The position numbers and the translations under genes were made by a program. The notes below the pieces were generated by a model that saw only the letters and a program-made list of their open reading frames with translations, made no database searches and was not told the DNA's origin. 64,000 nucleotides of DNA from Candidatus Kapaibacterium sp. Its GTDB lineage: Bacteria > Bacteroidota > Ignavibacteria > Kapaibacteriales > UBA2268. Shown here piece after piece: positions 60,138-64,000 of the stretch. The stretch spans positions 1,632,001 through 1,696,000 of the forward strand of contig OY762428.1 in the NCBI GenBank assembly GCA_963665665.1, read 5' to 3'. How positions within the stretch are numbered: the stretch's first letter is position 1; every line of letters begins with the position of its first letter.

Positions 60138-62312
60138 TCACTCCTTCACAAACATGCCTGAAATAATATCATTGCCAGTTTCGATTCTGATGTAGTAAAT
60201 GCCTGCCGGAAAATCACGGAGAGGAATGCTTGTATTGTGTTCCATTACAGCGGAAAAAGTGGTGTTAATGTAAACTTTTGCGCCGAGCTGGTTATATACG
60301 CTGATATTTGCAGGGGCTATGGCTGATATTTTGAATTTCAGGTCAATGTAATCACTTGCGGGGCAGGGAGATATATTGATTCCTCCATGTTCGATTGCTT
60401 TAGATTCGTTTTCAACTGATACATATTGATCATTACTGCGGTAAAGGCCACGATTTTCTAATGCCAGAAAGTAGTATCCATCAGGACTAACAGTCATAAA
60501 ATTGAAAGGATAGGGATCATGTAATAGACCAGTAGAAATGTCTTCCCATTCATAATTATTTCCATATTCAATTGTTCGGCGAAATTTTTCATAACCTAAA
60601 CTCCAACCGAGAAGCTTACAGGTTGAATCAATTGCAAGTATGCTATGTTTTAGTTTTCCAACTTCACTGAACCAGGTTCTGCCATTATCAGTAGTTTGAA
60701 ATACTGAACTCGCATAACCGTTGGAATATTTATCAAAAATAATTTTTCTAATTTCTCCGCTTCCTGTACCAGGTTCACCTTCAAAAAGTTCATATTCCCC
60801 GACAACTTCCTCCCAAGTGTCGCCATCGTTGGTGGAACGGTATATCTGCCCGTGTTCGCTGCCGCGGAAAATATGTCCCTCCGAGTTCATTCCATAAGAA
60901 TAATTACCGCCGCTGATCCAGTTATCAGTCCAGGTTTTGCCTCTGTCTGTTGATTTTACAAGTGAATTTGTAAAGTCATGCCCGATATAGATATGGCCGC
61001 GATTGTTCTCAAAGAAATTATTTGGGTCAACGTTATAAGTTTCGGGTCTGGGTAAATAATCCCAGGACTGGCCGTAGTCTGTTGATCTTGCTATCCAGCT
61101 AACGCCACTATTATTGAAATAGATGGTAAGTATAATATCATCTTTGGATATGAAAATTGGAGCCAGGCTATAGATTGGATCCGTTTGTAAATCATTCCAT
61201 GTTTCGCCATCATCTGATGATTTAAATACTGAATGTAAAGCTACAGCATATATATCGCCTCTGCTGTCAAAATTAATTGCATTAACATTCGAGGCAACAA
61301 AACCTTTATTCGAACTGATCCAGTTTGCTCCTCCGTCAGTGGAATAGTAGAAACCGCGATAATTCCCCGCGTACATTTCACCATTTTCGCCTGCTATCAT
61401 TTTATCAAAATAGCAGTCCTTTCCTTCTTCTGTTATTCTCTGCCATGTTCTTCCGCTGTCAACAGATTTGTAAACCGAATTATATTCCCCCTCACTGCCA
61501 TTGGCAAAAAGTTCGTCTTTGGAGTTGCGACACAGGTATTTTGAAAACCCATTAACAGTTGTGGAATTCCATGTTTCCCCTCTGTCATTTGAAAAAAGAA
61601 TTCCCCTGTTTGTTGTAATGACAATTTTTTTATAACTAATGAATTGTAAATCCAATATACTTTTAGGAGCTTCAATATACTCCCATGATTTTCCGGAATC
61701 GGGACTTATCAAAATAAAACCTTCATAAGATTTATTAATATAACCAATAATCACGAAATTATGATTTTCTTCAATGTTATAGTCCCACGAAATAAAATCT
61801 TTTTCATATGGATTTTGCCAGTTGCCAAGCTGTTTGTAGCTGCCATCCTTTTCAAAGGAATAAACCACAATCGAATCTTTGATTTTTTTCCTTACACCAA
61901 AAATATTACCATTAATATCCATTTTTAAGGTTGGATCATTTTCTGTTATTGAATAAAAATAATCCTCCATTTCAATATCAGTCCAGTTATCACCATTATC
62001 ATTTGAATATCTGAAATAAATAACGGTTTCTTTTATTTCGTCATTTCGGTCATAATAGTATGAATACAGGGAATCGTTTTGAGTGCCCATAATCGAACCA
62101 ATAATATCCATATTATAAAGTGATTTCCAACTCCTGCCAAAATTATCAGATCGAAAGTAGCCGTTATAAGTACTGATAAATATCTTTTCGTTATGGATAG
62201 ACATATCCCAAATCATCCCTCCCTCAGGACTCCAGAGATATTTCCAGAAATCACCGGCATGAAGGTTGAAGGGAACAATAATTAATATGGCAATCAGTAA
62301 CAGCTTTTTCAT
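60138..62312 (-). CDS. T9SS-sorted BNR/YCF48-like beta-propeller protein (paralog A)
   Basis: ATG 62312 after AAGGA; signal peptide MKKLLLIAILIIVPFNLHA; many SxDxGxTW repeats; CTD ISPCPA...YNQLG...FPAGIYYIRI. Confidence 0.85.
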   Translation of the reverse strand: MKKLLLIAILIIVPFNLHAGDFWKYLWSPEGGMIWDMSIHNEKIFISTYNGYFRSDNFGRSWKSLYNMDIIGSIMGTQNDSLYSYYYDRNDEIKETVIYFRYSNDNGDNWTDIEMEDYFYSITENDPTLKMDINGNIFGVRKKIKDSIVVYSFEKDGSYKQLGNWQNPYEKDFISWDYNIEENHNFVIIGYINKSYEGFILISPDSGKSWEYIEAPKSILDLQFISYKKIVITTNRGILFSNDRGETWNSTTVNGFSKYLCRNSKDELFANGSEGEYNSVYKSVDSGRTWQRITEEGKDCYFDKMIAGENGEMYAGNYRGFYYSTDGGANWISSNKGFVASNVNAINFDSRGDIYAVALHSVFKSSDDGETWNDLQTDPIYSLAPIFISKDDIILTIYFNNSGVSWIARSTDYGQSWDYLPRPETYNVDPNNFFENNRGHIYIGHDFTNSLVKSTDRGKTWTDNWISGGNYSYGMNSEGHIFRGSEHGQIYRSTNDGDTWEEVVGEYELFEGEPGTGSGEIRKIIFDKYSNGYASSVFQTTDNGRTWFSEVGKLKHSILAIDSTCKLLGWSLGYEKFRRTIEYGNNYEWEDISTGLLHDPYPFNFMTVSPDGYYFLALENRGLYRSNDQYVSVENESKAIEHGGINISPCPASDYIDLKFKISAIAPANISVYNQLGAKVYINTTFSAVMEHNTSIPLRDFPAGIYYIRIETGNDIISGMFVKE

Positions 62313-62338
62313 GGTTCTTATCCTTTTGATATTATTAC

Positions 62339-64000
62339 TCACTCCTTCACAAACATGCCTGATATAATATCATTGCCAGTTTCGATTCTGATGTAGTATA
62401 TGCCTGACGGGAAGCCGCGGAGGGGAATGCTGGTGTTATGCCCCGTGTCGGAGGAAAAAGTGGTATTTGTGTAAACTTTTGCGCCGAGCTGGTTATATAC
62501 GCTGATATTTGCAGGGGCTATGGCTGATATTTTGAATTTCAGGTCAATGTAATCACTCGCGGGGCAGGGAGAGAGCGATATTCCACCTGCTTCTATCTCA
62601 TCTTTTTCATTTTCAACTGATACATATTGATCGTTGCTGCGGTAAAGGCCGGAATTATCAGCTGCAAGGAAAATATATCCATTGGGAGCAACAGCCATAC
62701 AACTGTAACTATTATGGGTAAAGCCGCTTGAAATATCCTGCCAGTCGCTCCCGGCTGACGTCATTGTTCTATATGCTTTGTAATGCATCCACGAGAGAAG
62801 ACTGCCGGTTGAATCAATGGCACGAACTGGGCGGTACTTTTTATCTTCATCAACAAACCAGGTTCTTCCATTATCGGTTGTGGTTATTCCATAGTTCGAA
62901 AACCCATTCGAGTACTTGTCAAAATAGATACTCACTATTTCTCCTCCCATCCCTTCAAAAAGTTCATATTCCCCTACAACTTCCTCCCAAGTGTCGCCAT
63001 CGTCGGTGGAACGGTATATCTGCCCGTGAATACTGCCACGGAAAATATGGCCCTCCGAGTTCATTCCATAAGAATAATTACCGCCGCTGATCCAGTTATC
63101 AGTCCAGGTTATGCCTTTATCAGTTGATTTTACGAGCGAATTTGTGAAGTCATGACCGATAAAAATATGGCCGCGATTGTTTTCGAAATAATTTTTGGCA
63201 ACAACGTTATAAGTTTCGGGTTTGGGTAAATAATCCCAGGACTGGCCGTAGTCTGTTGATCTTGCTATCCAACTAACGCCACTATTATTGAAATAGATGG
63301 TAAGTATAATATCATCTTTGGATATGAAAATTGGAGCCAGGCTATAGATTGGATCCGTTTGTAAATCATTCCATGTTTCGCCATCATCTGATGATTTAAA
63401 TACTGAATGTAAAGCTACAGTATATATATCGCCTCTGCTATCAAAATTAATTGCATTAACATTCGAGGCAACAAAACCTTTATTCGAACTGATCCAGTTT
63501 GCTCCTCCGTCTGTTGAATAGTAGAAACCACGGGAATTTCCGGCATACATTTCGCCATTTTCACCAGCAATCATTTTATCAAAATAGCAGTCCTTTCCTT
63601 CCTCTGTTATTCTCTGCCATGTCCTTCCGCTATCAACAGATTTGTAAACAGAATTGTAATCGCCGTCACTACCGTTGGCAAATAATTCGTCTTTGGAGTT
63701 TCTACACAGGTATTTTGAAAACCCATTAACAGTTGTGGAATTCCATGTTTTCCCTCTGTCATTTGAATTATAAATTCCTCCACCTCCTGTTGCAATAACT
63801 AAATTTGAATCACTGAAAAATTGAATTTGAAGAACACCTTTGGAAGTTTCAATATATCTCCATGATCTTCCTGAATCTGGACTCAAAAAGATAAAACCCT
63901 CATAAGATTTCTTTATATAACCATATACAACCCATTCTCCTTTATCATTAAAACAATGACCCCATTTAAAATATTCTTTTGAGGAGGCCAATGGAAAGCT
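62339..64000 (-). CDS. T9SS-sorted BNR/YCF48-like protein (paralog B, 5' end outside window)
   Basis: Same repeats and CTD as paralog A, with long near-identical blocks; frame open to the window edge. Confidence 0.85.
   Translation of the reverse strand, partial: SFPLASSKEYFKWGHCFNDKGEWVVYGYIKKSYEGFIFLSPDSGRSWRYIETSKGVLQIQFFSDSNLVIATGGGGIYNSNDRGKTWNSTTVNGFSKYLCRNSKDELFANGSDGDYNSVYKSVDSGRTWQRITEEGKDCYFDKMIAGENGEMYAGNSRGFYYSTDGGANWISSNKGFVASNVNAINFDSRGDIYTVALHSVFKSSDDGETWNDLQTDPIYSLAPIFISKDDIILTIYFNNSGVSWIARSTDYGQSWDYLPKPETYNVVAKNYFENNRGHIFIGHDFTNSLVKSTDKGITWTDNWISGGNYSYGMNSEGHIFRGSIHGQIYRSTDDGDTWEEVVGEYELFEGMGGEIVSIYFDKYSNGFSNYGITTTDNGRTWFVDEDKKYRPVRAIDSTGSLLSWMHYKAYRTMTSAGSDWQDISSGFTHNSYSCMAVAPNGYIFLAADNSGLYRSNDQYVSVENEKDEIEAGGISLSPCPASDYIDLKFKISAIAPANISVYNQLGAKVYTNTTFSSDTGHNTSIPLRGFPSGIYYIRIETGNDIISGMFVKE

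Noticed and set aside
95-63795. Numerous short antisense or overlapping ORFs in the six-frame track
   Set aside because: They are shadows of longer, motif-supported genes and have no independent evidence.
60138-64000. Diversity-generating retroelement (TR/VR pair)
   Set aside because: Differences between the paralogs are not adenine-specific, include synonymous changes and indels, and no reverse transcriptase is in the window.

Overview
Chromosomal window from an AT-rich bacterium of the Bacteroidota/Chlorobiota/Ignavibacteriota (FCB) group. Type IX secretion (T9SS) C-terminal-domain proteins, TAnnTTTG-type promoters and flagellar genes occur together, which points to an Ignavibacteria- or Kapabacteria-like lineage (inference). 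Housekeeping content: tRNA-Gln(TTG)-prs-rplY-pth, riboflavin synthase, an ftsL-like gene and a probable 6S RNA. Other content: a fliJ-motE-fliK-flgD-TIGR02530-like-flgE flagellar block, signalling genes (NarX/NarL-type pair, CheY-like regulator, 13-PAS hybrid kinase), six T9SS-sorted proteins, a class D beta-lactamase, a NucS-like nuclease plus HicAB islet, and several REP-like palindrome families. Most unusual observations: (1) a ~1.7 kb apparently non-coding structure (4970-6700) of two related 21-bp-periodic tandem arrays in inverted orientation around a ~500 bp extremely AT-rich core, with 21-bp phase kept across palindrome interruptions; (2) a Cys-rich T9SS gene frameshifted at a 12-nt poly-C tract just after its signal peptide, a candidate phase-variation switch; (3) a GC-rich double hairpin between the TIGR02530-like gene and flgE; (4) a three-gene envelope operon ending in a PD40-OmpA-SPOR protein; (5) tandem duplications inside the FliK ruler; (6) mosaic tandem T9SS paralogs. 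All calls come from reading the sequence and ORF track; no searches were run.
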